Positions 53,793 to 62,642 of a stretch of DNA of 64,000 bases are shown here, one piece after another. The DNA is taken from NCBI RefSeq assembly GCF_053078305.1, contig NZ_CP166879.1; one strand, given 5' to 3'. Position numbers and translations under genes: made by a program. The notes beneath the pieces were generated by a model. It did no database searches. It was not told where the DNA came from and saw only the letters and a list, made by a program, of their open reading frames with translations. Every line of letters begins with the position of its first letter. Position 1 is the stretch's first letter.

Positions 53793-54428
53793 ACGATGGA
53801 AAATTAACTCATTAGAGAAGCCGTTGAATATTGGCGTGCAAAAAAGTGGATAGCGCACGCCCAATATTGCCCGGGAATGGGGAGTAAGTTTCGTCAGCCG
53901 TTATCTCCGTGTGTTGCGTGCGCAGTTGCACGTCATTCTCAGACGAACCGATGACTGGAAGGATGGCCGCCGCATGATACGGATGTTTATCTCCGTAATA
54001 ACATGGTGTACACCATGTTATCGGAGAGCTGCCCACGTATGGTTATCGTCGGCTGTGAAACAGTACAGGACGTCATGCTGGGAGCGGTAGAACACCGCTT
54101 CGGCAGCGACCTTCCTGCGTCTCCAGTGGAGTGCCTGACGGATAATAGTTCATGCTATCAGGCTAATGAAACACGCCAGTTCGCCCGGATGTTGGAACTT
54201 GAACCGAAGAACACGGCGGTGCGGTATCCGGAGAGTAACGGCATAGCAGAGAGCTTCGTGAAAACGATAAAGCGTGACTACATCAGTATCATGCCCAAAC
54301 CAGACGGGTTAACGGCAGCAAAGAACCTTGCAGAGGCGTTCGAGCATTATAACGAATGGCATCCACATAGTGCGCTGGGTTATCGCTCTCCACGGGAATA
54401 TCTGCGGCGGCGGGCAGTAATGGGTTAA
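53793..54428 (+). pseudogene. Remainder of IS2 orfA/orfB with a large internal deletion
   Basis: Sequence jumps from ...GGTTATCGTCGG directly to CTGTGAAACAGTACAGG... compared with remembered IS2. Only the C-terminal 141 codons of InsD are intact (54003-54428). Confidence 0.75.
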
Positions 54429-54499
54429 GTGATACCAGATGTCTGGAAATATAGGAGCAAATCCACCACGCATGGAGCCTGTTAAGACTCTCACTCTCA

Positions 54500-54763
54500 T
54501 CATTCTCCCTTCTGAGTCCCAACGAAACGACCAAAACGCTGAGTAAAGCGGGCAACATTGCCTTCTGATGCCACCGTTCTGAGTTTACCGGTATAGAACG
54601 GATGCGATTTGGAGGAAACGTCAATCGTCACATACGGATACGTCACACCATCCAGTTCAATCTCGCGATCTGTTTTGATGGTAGAACCTATTTTAAAGTA
54701 CTCATCCACACTCGTGTCATGGAACACTACTGTGCGGTATTCAGGATGGATATTTGGTTTCAT
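54500..54763 (-). CDS. ykgM: 50S ribosomal protein L31 type B (zinc-independent paralogue)
   Basis: [60 protein letters not shown]... This is an L31 sequence that lacks the CxxC zinc ribbon. Confidence 0.9.
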   Translation of the reverse strand: MKPNIHPEYRTVVFHDTSVDEYFKIGSTIKTDREIELDGVTYPYVTIDVSSKSHPFYTGKLRTVASEGNVARFTQRFGRFVGTQKGE

Positions 54764-54776
54764 CTCTCTTCACTCA

Positions 54777-54791
54777 TGTTATAACATAACA
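54777..54791. promoter_or_regulatory. Zur box upstream of ykgM
   Basis: TGTTATAACATAACA matches the palindromic core TGTTATAwTATAACA at 14 of 15 positions. It lies 14-28 nt upstream of the ATG. Confidence 0.65.
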
Positions 54792-54952
54792 ATAAGATAC
54801 ATTCTCAGCTAGATCATTTCAACAGAATCCCCGAGCCCAAGGGTAATGTGGCATCGCAGCCTCTCATCAAATGGAAGACATGTGATTGCACATTTATCAT
54901 ACAAGACGTATGATAACACTGTGTTATTTATCCTGCTGCCGAGGGTATAGAT

Positions 54953-55195
54953 ATGAATAACGAATCTGAAAAAGCAATGTGGCGTTGTAAGCCTGTGGAT
55001 AATCCATGGACGTTGGATTCATTACTAAAAAAGACTATTTCTGCTGTTTTACCTGCATCAGACAAAGTTTCACACCAAAATAAAAACAAATTACGTAATA
55101 ATGAATTCATTAAAATTGAGCATCCATGCTCAAAGTCTGAATCCAGAATCGATGGTGACTACATCATTAGTGGAGGAACAGAATACCGTTTGTAA
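54953..55195 (+). CDS. hypothetical protein (80 aa)
   Basis: GAGGG SD and its own strong terminator. No motif recognised. Confidence 0.45.
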   Translation: MNNESEKAMWRCKPVDNPWTLDSLLKKTISAVLPASDKVSHQNKNKLRNNEFIKIEHPCSKSESRIDGDYIISGGTEYRL

Positions 55196-55201
55196 TTAAG
55201 C

Positions 55202-55237
55202 AGGAGAATTTTCTGTAAATTCTCCTGTAACTTTTTT
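55202..55237 (+). terminator. Rho-independent terminator
   Basis: AGGAGAATTT (55202-55211) pairs with AAATTCTCCT (55217-55226). TTTTTT at 55232-55237. Confidence 0.7.
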
Positions 55238-55242
55238 ACTTC

Positions 55243-56748
55243 CTATTTTATACCTCGATTAGCAATACTTCCTGCACTCGAAGCTGCACCTTTCGCTTCC
55301 GAAATACCATTCGGTAATCCTCGACTGATTCCATCGCCAATATGAACACCAGCCCAGGACAACGCTCCCAGCCACACTGCCGGCAAGACGAGAAACATCG
55401 TCCCCATCACCAGATTCATTATCAGATCATCCGATGTGTTCTGGAATCCCATCATATTGAACCGGGTATGTGTATCCGAACTGTACAGCGCCGTCAGCAT
55501 CCAGCTGTCAAGCCACCGTGCAAGCTCCCACCAGAACGTCAGAAAGTGTACCGCAAACACCACAAACGTCAGTGTGATTAACGTCGACAGTTCATATGCC
55601 GCAAACGCCAGAATCAGCGGTATCATGATGTAAATCGCCATCAGTATTATCGACTGTACCATCGGCAGTGCCTGCCGCATTGCATCCAGTGCCGGAAACG
55701 CACCCAGTGCTGCTACCGCACTGCCCGCCGTTCCCGCAATCCGGGCCACCGCATTCATGGTCGTCATATCTGCATTGCCACCATAGCCACGATACACCTC
55801 TCCCCCCTGAGAGAGCGTCAGGTTTGCCGGACTCACCAGACGCTTGATCACCTCCTCCTTATAATCCACCTGACTACTGCCAATCATCTTCATTGCAGCT
55901 GACAGACGTAACCAGTAATGGTCACTGACCTCCTCCATGACCCGTTTTTTCAGCCCCACACTACTGTCACTCCACCACTCCCGGCATGTCGGATAGCCTC
56001 CCCGCCCCGTATCCGGTCGTCCGCTGTCACGTGCTGTATTCCACGGGAACGCAGCCCGCGGCATCTTTGACTGCAGCGTCCCGTAATCCCCCTGCATGAA
56101 TGTGGCGCTCCCTATCCAGGAGATATCATCAAGCACTTTTTTATCTTTACTCTGCCCCTGATCACGCTGTTTCCACATATACAGTGCCAGTGAATAACAG
56201 TCGTTCATAAAGTCCTGCAGCTCATCAGCAAGTGCCCTGTTTTCTATAAACGTTCGCTGGATCTCAAAACGCAACTGGCGCAAATCAGGCCGGCACGGAA
56301 TCGAAGCCACTGCCGCCTGGGTGACACCTTTCGACAATTTATGAACCACCACCCACCATACCGGGGCTGCAGCAGTCTGATCCCCTATACTGCTGATCAC
56401 CCCACTGTACCCCGTCTCTCCGGGCTCTTCAGGTGTCCATACCCCACAGGTCTGTGCCCTGGATTTATCGAATGACAGCGTATCCAGCGTCACCTGTACC
56501 AGAGGAACACAGCAGGATATCATCACAAAAAAAGCACCATAGAGAACATGCTCAATACGCGGCAGGGAAAGCATCCCTTTGTTTCCCTCATCCGCACCTT
56601 CTTCCCTGACTTTCAGCCAGATCCCGATGATCCTGAATGCCAGTGGCAGGGCAAACAGTCCTGTGCTGATCAACACATTCCACAGACCGTTATTCACCAC
56701 CCAGCCCAGCAGAGTCAGAAAATATTCCAGATAGTTATTTGTGGTCAT
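55243..56748 (-). CDS. ICE conjugal-transfer membrane protein with a TraG N-terminal-type domain (501 aa)
   Basis: Polytopic protein. The sequence is typical of the last large gene of MPF-G (ICEclc/pKLC102-type) T4SS operons as I remember them. Confidence 0.65.
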   Translation of the reverse strand: MTTNNYLEYFLTLLGWVVNNGLWNVLISTGLFALPLAFRIIGIWLKVREEGADEGNKGMLSLPRIEHVLYGAFFVMISCCVPLVQVTLDTLSFDKSRAQTCGVWTPEEPGETGYSGVISSIGDQTAAAPVWWVVVHKLSKGVTQAAVASIPCRPDLRQLRFEIQRTFIENRALADELQDFMNDCYSLALYMWKQRDQGQSKDKKVLDDISWIGSATFMQGDYGTLQSKMPRAAFPWNTARDSGRPDTGRGGYPTCREWWSDSSVGLKKRVMEEVSDHYWLRLSAAMKMIGSSQVDYKEEVIKRLVSPANLTLSQGGEVYRGYGGNADMTTMNAVARIAGTAGSAVAALGAFPALDAMRQALPMVQSIILMAIYIMIPLILAFAAYELSTLITLTFVVFAVHFLTFWWELARWLDSWMLTALYSSDTHTRFNMMGFQNTSDDLIMNLVMGTMFLVLPAVWLGALSWAGVHIGDGISRGLPNGISEAKGAASSAGSIANRGIK

Positions 56749-56754
56749 GATTGC

Positions 56755-57096
56755 TCAACGCCCCGGCTCAGCAAAAATGGCGTATTCACACAGCAGGATA
56801 AACAGAACACTGACTGTGGCCATACGCAGAAAAGAAGCCCGGTATTCTGCCCTGAACCCCGGCGCATGCCAGATCCTCCACCCCAGCCATCCGATCGCAC
56901 TGTAAAGACACAGACGCCATCCCAGCCAGCCATAACGTGTCTCATACATCCACTCCCGCAGGGCCGCAAATCCTTCTGCGTGACGTATACCGGTATCGGC
57001 CAGCCAGAGGGAAAACACGGTAATCCCTGTCAGCAACAGCGTATACAGGGCGAATACCTTCATCCTCTTTTTCACCCGGCCATAAATTCTGCTCAT
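56755..57096 (-). CDS. small ICE membrane protein (113 aa)
   Basis: Start moved to ATG 57096 after AGGAG. Three predicted transmembrane segments. Confidence 0.5.
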   Translation of the reverse strand: MSRIYGRVKKRMKVFALYTLLLTGITVFSLWLADTGIRHAEGFAALREWMYETRYGWLGWRLCLYSAIGWLGWRIWHAPGFRAEYRASFLRMATVSVLFILLCEYAIFAEPGR

Positions 57097-57100
57097 CCTC

Positions 57101-58525
57101 TCACTCCTTATCCGGGGCATCGAGAGAATGGATACGGCTGTCAGCATTGTCAGCCTGCTGGATCATCGGGTTATTCCCCACACGCTCGTTATCCCGTTCA
57201 ATGATGGTCAGAACACTGTTACGCGCCAGATCCCGCTTCAGCTCCATCTCGTTTTTCAGCGCCATAATTTCCCGATCCAGCGCCTCAATACGGCGTTCCC
57301 CCTCTTCCAGTGCAGCAGGCTGAGCTGCAGCATACGGCTCGGCCATCCCCGTGAGCAGCATCCTGCGCATCAGCAGCGCCGTTTCAACGGTATCCGCCAT
57401 GGCCAGTTCTCCCGCCAGACGCGACGTCAGGGCACCATTGTCCGGATCACGCTGCAGGGCACGGATCACTCCCGCTGTCACAGACAGACTCCCGGCTTTC
57501 AGTTTTGCCAGATTCCCGGCTGTCGGCTTGTCACGACCATTGACCATACCTGCCAGCAGTTCCGTGTTAACCCGCGTCGCTTCTTCAAGCATCGGCGCAA
57601 ACCCCGTGCCGGCAATACTGGTCCCCGGCTGCTGATCAGCATCCCCGCTGGTACATGCCTTTGCATCACCACAGGTCCGCATGGATTTATCCCCCAGAAC
57701 CTTCACCACCGCCCGGGCAGCTTCCTCTGCATTACGGTATTTCATGCAGGCACTCCCGTTACAGTTCCCGGGACTGACACTGGATGTACTGGTCGAAGGC
57801 AGACTGTTCATCATATTGAAACCGGCAGCTGTCAGATCATGTGTCGGCCGGATAGCAGACTGTCCCGCTCCACCACGCTGCTGCCCTCCGATCCAGCGTT
57901 GCCCCTCCTCCCCGGTAACCTGACGACCTGCTTCATCCCCTTTGATCGCATCACCGTCCCCCGTATTCACAATTTTTTTGTACTCCTCGAGCATGGCCGC
58001 CTGCGTCCACTTATTGCTGTCCGTGAACTCCATCATGCGTTTCGCCATGTTCTGACAATTGAGCTGCGCTTTGTCGAATGCCACATTCGCCTGCAGTACA
58101 CCGTTGGTCAGCATGTCATACAGCCCCGGATTAGCCCGCTGTATCACCATTGCCGGCAGACTCGCCACGGCTCCGCTCGCCCCCTGAATCACATCCCCCA
58201 TCAGGTTTTTGAAACCATCAGTGATCCCGTTCAGCTGGTTACCCACTGTTGTTTTCAGGTCAAAATTGCCACACATCAGATCACTGCTCCACCCGAGATC
58301 CACCCCAAGTTTCTGCATATTGCTGCGCGTTGCCGGCTGCGATATCACCGAGCCCCCTCCCAGGGTATAAAACAGTTTGTCTGATACTGCGCCGTCCACG
58401 GATTTACCGTAGCCAAACGCACTGTCATTCACTTTCGGCAGGGACAAAAAGTTTCCGTCAGCCTGTACCGTACCCGCACAAAGCACCACAGCCAGAACAG
58501 GTATCGTCATTTTCTGTTTCATCAC
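57101..58525 (-). CDS. ICE T4SS periplasmic protein (474 aa; 'integrating conjugative element protein, PFL_47xx' type; family number not verified)
   Basis: Signal peptide MMKQKMTIPVLAVVLCAGTVQA. Position next to the TraU-like gene. Confidence 0.6.
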   Translation of the reverse strand: MMKQKMTIPVLAVVLCAGTVQADGNFLSLPKVNDSAFGYGKSVDGAVSDKLFYTLGGGSVISQPATRSNMQKLGVDLGWSSDLMCGNFDLKTTVGNQLNGITDGFKNLMGDVIQGASGAVASLPAMVIQRANPGLYDMLTNGVLQANVAFDKAQLNCQNMAKRMMEFTDSNKWTQAAMLEEYKKIVNTGDGDAIKGDEAGRQVTGEEGQRWIGGQQRGGAGQSAIRPTHDLTAAGFNMMNSLPSTSTSSVSPGNCNGSACMKYRNAEEAARAVVKVLGDKSMRTCGDAKACTSGDADQQPGTSIAGTGFAPMLEEATRVNTELLAGMVNGRDKPTAGNLAKLKAGSLSVTAGVIRALQRDPDNGALTSRLAGELAMADTVETALLMRRMLLTGMAEPYAAAQPAALEEGERRIEALDREIMALKNEMELKRDLARNSVLTIIERDNERVGNNPMIQQADNADSRIHSLDAPDKE

Positions 58526-58535
58526 TTCCCCTTAC

Positions 58536-59510
58536 TTAAAAATTCGTACTGCCCAGGAATGTCTGTCCCCGTTTCTTGCAGCAACTGTAGGGCTGCCACA
58601 GGGCAAAGGCAGCATTACCTGTTTCAGCCGCTTCATGCTCTCCGTCAGGGAAGACTGCGCAGGACGTGGAGACTGAAGGCGTCAGTCTCTGCCATTTATG
58701 GTTCCGGGTACCCGTATTTTCCTCCACCGGATCCGGTGGCCAGTAACCGTCCTTCTTCCCTGCTTTCACCGCCTGATAGACATGTGGCTCACCGGTGCGG
58801 GTGATAATGTCAGCCACCCGCTGGGCCACCACCGCAGCAGCTTTATCATCATCTGTCTGGGTCACGAACCCGGAGCGGGGATACACATTGCCCCACATAT
58901 TCTCTTCTTCCTGGCTGCCTATTTCGCGTTTACCGGGGATCAGGGCCTCCGGGTACAGTGACTCCGGTAGTCCTGTACGCCAGGCAATACTGTCAAGCGT
59001 ACTGAGAAAATAAGGAACAAAAGGTGTCACCGGTGACTCACAGGAATATCCCGGCACCATCCCTCCGATAAGCGTGGTGGCCGGGTGCCCTGTTGCATCG
59101 GCATATTTAAAACGGATTGACGAACGACGTTCCCCCTGTACCTTCATGTCTGCGGGGTTCCCTCCTCCTGCTGACAGACCGGCAATACCTTTGCTTATGG
59201 CATTCTCCGGACCACCGGCTGTACTGCTGACCGCCGACATTTCACGCCAGGGATTTCCGCCAGGTGCGGTATAGGTGGAAACAACCACTTCCGGGATATA
59301 ATGGGAAACTTTCACTGATGTTCTGACCTTGCAACTGAATTTGGTGCAGAACAGCCAGTAGCAAATCCCGCTGACCCGCCAGCTGATACAGCTCTGTGAG
59401 GCTGCACTGGCCACTATCTGCGCGGTGTTCAGCGATGCCTCTGCCACCGGCAATACCGCCATACTTAACAGCAGAACACCGGCGCGATGACGTGATGTGC
59501 AGGAAATCAT
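58536..59510 (-). CDS. TraU-like T4SS protein (324 aa)
   Basis: Signal peptide and the Cys/Trp-rich segment CISWRVSGICYWLFCTKFSC, typical of the TraU family. ATGA overlap with the upstream gene. Confidence 0.7.
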   Translation of the reverse strand: MISCTSRHRAGVLLLSMAVLPVAEASLNTAQIVASAASQSCISWRVSGICYWLFCTKFSCKVRTSVKVSHYIPEVVVSTYTAPGGNPWREMSAVSSTAGGPENAISKGIAGLSAGGGNPADMKVQGERRSSIRFKYADATGHPATTLIGGMVPGYSCESPVTPFVPYFLSTLDSIAWRTGLPESLYPEALIPGKREIGSQEEENMWGNVYPRSGFVTQTDDDKAAAVVAQRVADIITRTGEPHVYQAVKAGKKDGYWPPDPVEENTGTRNHKWQRLTPSVSTSCAVFPDGEHEAAETGNAAFALWQPYSCCKKRGQTFLGSTNF

Positions 59511-59902
59511 GGCTGCCCTCCCCCTGTACGCAGTTGTTCTGCCAGCACCACGTCTGTGGTTCCGTAGACCACTTCACTGTCATCAAAAACCACAGCCGGA
59601 TATTTTTTCAGTCCAAGGGACCAGGCATGTGCTAATGCACGGTAGTGTTCAGCAAGCCCTGCCTGAAACGACTGCCATTCAGGCGACTGCATCCGTTCCA
59701 TGACACGGGCAGATGCTTCTGCAGGCTCTGCGGGAAGTACCCCGAAAAATGTATCCTGCGTCTGCTCAGGAGCATCAAGCAGGACAACACGAACACCTGC
59801 TGGCGGGTTCATGGGGCGCTGGTGCGAATCGGTATAAATTGTTGTACCGGCAGATGCAGCCACCGGTAGTATCAGGAAGGAATACAGTAACAGTCGGTAC
59901 AT
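59507..59902 (-). CDS. small secreted ICE T4SS protein (131 aa)
   Basis: Signal peptide MYRLLLYSFLILPVAASA. Translationally coupled to the TraU-like gene. Confidence 0.55.
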   Translation of the reverse strand: MYRLLLYSFLILPVAASAGTTIYTDSHQRPMNPPAGVRVVLLDAPEQTQDTFFGVLPAEPAEASARVMERMQSPEWQSFQAGLAEHYRALAHAWSLGLKKYPAVVFDDSEVVYGTTDVVLAEQLRTGGGQP

Positions 59903-60037
59903 GATGCGACTCCGTCAGACAACTGGTATCTGACAGCGTGCGCAAAGGCAAAGGGACAATCAGCAATAAATTCAAAACCGGATGATAAAAATTAAGCCTC
60001 TTCCTCTGAATAACGCACACTCTGCATCTGAATCAAA

Positions 60038-60757
60038 TTAATCCGGTTGCATCACAGGAAGCCACTGATTCGGGGTAATACCATAATAACGCCTGAACAC
60101 AGAAATAAAATAAGAAGCACTGGCATAGCCACACAACTCTGCCACCCGGGAAATACGGTTTTCTCCCGCAGACAAAAGCTGAACGGCATACTGCATTCTC
60201 TCTTTCAGAAGAAGCTCACTGAAGGTCGTCAGCTCTTCCTGAAGCTTTTTCTTCAGTAAACTCTCACTTATATATAACAGACTGGCCACTTCACCCAGCA
60301 TCCATGGACGGGACAAATCAGCACTGATAATATTCTTCACCCGGACAGTGCAGCTCCGGATACACCCCGTGAGCAGGGCATGGAAATCCGGATGTTCCTC
60401 AAACAGCGCCAGACTGGAAAAAGCCACCGCATCCCTGAAGTACACCGGCGATGGTTCATCTGTAATAAGTTGTCTGATCAGACATTCCGCCAGCACGGAC
60501 ATCTGTGGCCGGATCTGTAAAAGCAAAGACGACGGGCTGACTGCCATACCGGATAATGGCGTGCAGAACCGCAGATACCGCCTCACCACCTCCTCACTGA
60601 GGTCAGCGATAAGGAAACGTCCGGTATGAGCCTGAAAAGCAGGGCGCAGATGCCCGGCAATCAGAAGCATTGTGCCGGCAGGTATGACAGAGTTCCTGTG
60701 CTCCAGACAAAGCATTGTCTGTTTGAGAGCCATAATGACAGCGCAGGTACAGGGCAT
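60038..60757 (-). CDS. AraC-family transcriptional regulator (239 aa or slightly shorter)
   Basis: C-terminal double HTH ...RISRVAELCGYASASYFISVFRRYYGITPNQW. Confidence 0.8.
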   Translation of the reverse strand: MPCTCAVIMALKQTMLCLEHRNSVIPAGTMLLIAGHLRPAFQAHTGRFLIADLSEEVVRRYLRFCTPLSGMAVSPSSLLLQIRPQMSVLAECLIRQLITDEPSPVYFRDAVAFSSLALFEEHPDFHALLTGCIRSCTVRVKNIISADLSRPWMLGEVASLLYISESLLKKKLQEELTTFSELLLKERMQYAVQLLSAGENRISRVAELCGYASASYFISVFRRYYGITPNQWLPVMQPD

Positions 60758-60861
60758 CGGATATCCGGTAAATATGCTGATTTATTAAAGAGACAGACAT
60801 GCCCCGTATATAAAATTCCGTGTCACCGGGTGCTGAAAAAAACTGCACCGGCGGCGCTCTT

Positions 60862-61311
60862 TTACTCCTCCGTTACGGATATTTCAGCTCCCTTTTCAGG
60901 AGCGGTATCCTTCACATCACTGAGACCGGACTGAGTCGCTTCAGAGACCTCTGCCACCTTTCCGGCTGCCTGTGTTTTTACTTCCTCCACGGCATCCTTC
61001 ACCTCGCTGAGCCCGGACTGAGCCGCTTCAGAGACCTCTGCCATCTTTCCGGCTGCCTGTGTTTTCACTTCCTCCACGGCATCCTTCACCTCGCTGAGCC
61101 CGGACTGAGCCGCTTCAGAAACCTCTGCCACTTTTCCGGCAGCCTGCATTTTCACGTCCTCCGCGGCATCCTTCACATCACTGAGTTGAGTCTGCGCAGC
61201 TTCCTTTATATCTGCCGCCTTCTTACTTACATTCTCCTTTGTCGCATCATCACAGCCCGCAACCAGAAATGGTGCGGAAATACATAACGCCAGAATTGTT
61301 TTTTTCAGCAT
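60862..61311 (-). CDS. Repetitive lipoprotein (149 aa) with 29-residue amphipathic repeats
   Basis: Start at ATG 61311 (MLKKTILALCISAPFLVAGC, a lipobox). AAQSGLSEVKDAVEEVKTQAAGK(M/V)AEVSE is repeated. Confidence 0.7.
   Translation of the reverse strand: MLKKTILALCISAPFLVAGCDDATKENVSKKAADIKEAAQTQLSDVKDAAEDVKMQAAGKVAEVSEAAQSGLSEVKDAVEEVKTQAAGKMAEVSEAAQSGLSEVKDAVEEVKTQAAGKVAEVSEATQSGLSDVKDTAPEKGAEISVTEE
60895..61215. repeat. About 3.5 tandem copies of an 87-bp unit inside the lipoprotein gene
   Basis: Unit boundaries at 60919, 61006, 61093 and 61180. The two central copies are nearly identical. Confidence 0.9.
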
Positions 61312-61694
61312 ACAATCTCTCATTATTAAGTGTTAACGCAGAACAGCTTATATTTCGTCCCCGGAAAATGGTCAAAAGACAACCAGAACATCACAGTGTC
61401 AGGGCACACTCCCGGTATATGCTTTTATAACCATAACATGCTGTTCCTGATATTACCGGAAATGTGCCCACTACATTTAACCTGTTTTCAGCACCGGGTC
61501 ATCGGCTGTGCTGTATTTTTTATTCCCGTCACAGAAACACACTATTACCGTTGATTTCATGACGAATAAAATGAATAAATTCTCCCGTGGTCTTTACCAC
61601 CATTATTATACCAATAACACCATTTACACAGATACACTCCGGGACTATCTGTTTTTGCCCCCTCCGACTCCACCGGAGGTTTTTATTTTCATAC

Positions 61695-61940
61695 TCAGGC
61701 CTTCACCACTTCACACCGGAAGTCCTCCACCCTGACGCCAATATACCGTCCCGGCTCTTTTGCGGGCGCAAACAGTTTTTCACATTCATCCTGAGTCATT
61801 TTTTCATCCTGGTAACGCAGCCACTGAACCGGCATATTGCCTGGTTTGATTATTGTCGCAGTTATTTTATATCGCTTTCCCATACTGGCTCTCATCTCAA
61901 CACCAAAATCACCGGCTGAGCCATCACTCCGGTAATGCAT
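61695..61940 (-). CDS. hypothetical protein (81 aa)
   Basis: ORF only. Confidence 0.35.
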   Translation of the reverse strand: MHYRSDGSAGDFGVEMRASMGKRYKITATIIKPGNMPVQWLRYQDEKMTQDECEKLFAPAKEPGRYIGVRVEDFRCEVVKA

Positions 61941-62064
61941 GCGAAAAAAAGTGAGCGTCTCAGCAATGGCTCATGCGGTGATTCTGTACGGTACCCGCAC
62001 AAAATACGGACACCAACAGCGTCGCAGAATACAACGAAGGCATCAGGGCAGCACCTCTCTCCCG

Positions 62065-62259
62065 CTATTTTTCAGAGTTCTTTACCCTCCTCCTGACACG
62101 GGAGTACAACCCTGACAGCATCCGGGCCAGTACATTCGCAAGCACCCATGAAAACACAGCCACACCCACAGCTCCCGCCAGAAACAGCACAGGTTCACTG
62201 GCAATTTGATCTGACAGCGATGGATACAGTGGTCCCGGAAAATCGATATCGCTCCTCAT
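62065..62259 (-). CDS. small membrane protein (64 aa)
   Basis: Start moved to ATG 62259 after GGAGAGGGG. TGATATG junction with the upstream gene. One transmembrane segment. Confidence 0.45.
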   Translation of the reverse strand: MRSDIDFPGPLYPSLSDQIASEPVLFLAGAVGVAVFSWVLANVLARMLSGLYSRVRRRVKNSEK

Positions 62260-62260
62260 A

Positions 62261-62638
62261 TCACCCCTCTCCCAGCCACAACAGCAGATAGAACAAATCC
62301 GCCGCATCAGTCACTGATATATACCAGCGGGGATGAATATACTCCTCCTCCGACGGCCAGCTCTCATGCCCACTCACAGTAAGCAGAATATGCACATACT
62401 GACCCTGCTGACCTTCCAGCATCACCGCCACACTGCTGTTCAGACCCACCCTCTGTGGCTGGCAACGGATACACTCCACCCGCCCCAGTTGCGCCGCCAG
62501 ATGCCCGCGAAGACGTTCAAGATTATCCCGTGTGGTGCAACTTATCCCCGGCGCACCCTGTGGCGGCAGAACAAACACACTTCCGGCGGGGTGAACAGCA
62601 GACACCACTTCCGGTTCCGGATACTTCAGACACAGCAT
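62261..62638 (-). CDS. hypothetical ICE protein (125 aa)
   Basis: Start moved to ATG 62638 after GGGAG, 4 nt downstream of the ATPase stop. Confidence 0.5.
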   Translation of the reverse strand: MLCLKYPEPEVVSAVHPAGSVFVLPPQGAPGISCTTRDNLERLRGHLAAQLGRVECIRCQPQRVGLNSSVAVMLEGQQGQYVHILLTVSGHESWPSEEEYIHPRWYISVTDAADLFYLLLWLGEG

Positions 62639-62642
62639 AGTC

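Larger units (their letters stand above)
52098..54465 (+). mobile_element. Decayed IS2: frameshifted orfA, internal orfB deletion, and another IS inserted into it
   Basis: The left end ...CCCTGAATCTCCAGACAACC and the right end ...TGGAAATATAGGAGCAAATCCA (ending at 54465) match remembered IS2 termini. Confidence 0.8.

Noticed and set aside
57128-58384. 418-aa + strand ORF
   Set aside because: It is entirely antisense to the 474-aa secreted T4SS protein gene. It has an Arg/His/Pro/Cys-rich composition, no SD and no recognisable motif, so it is a typical shadow ORF of GC-rich coding DNA.
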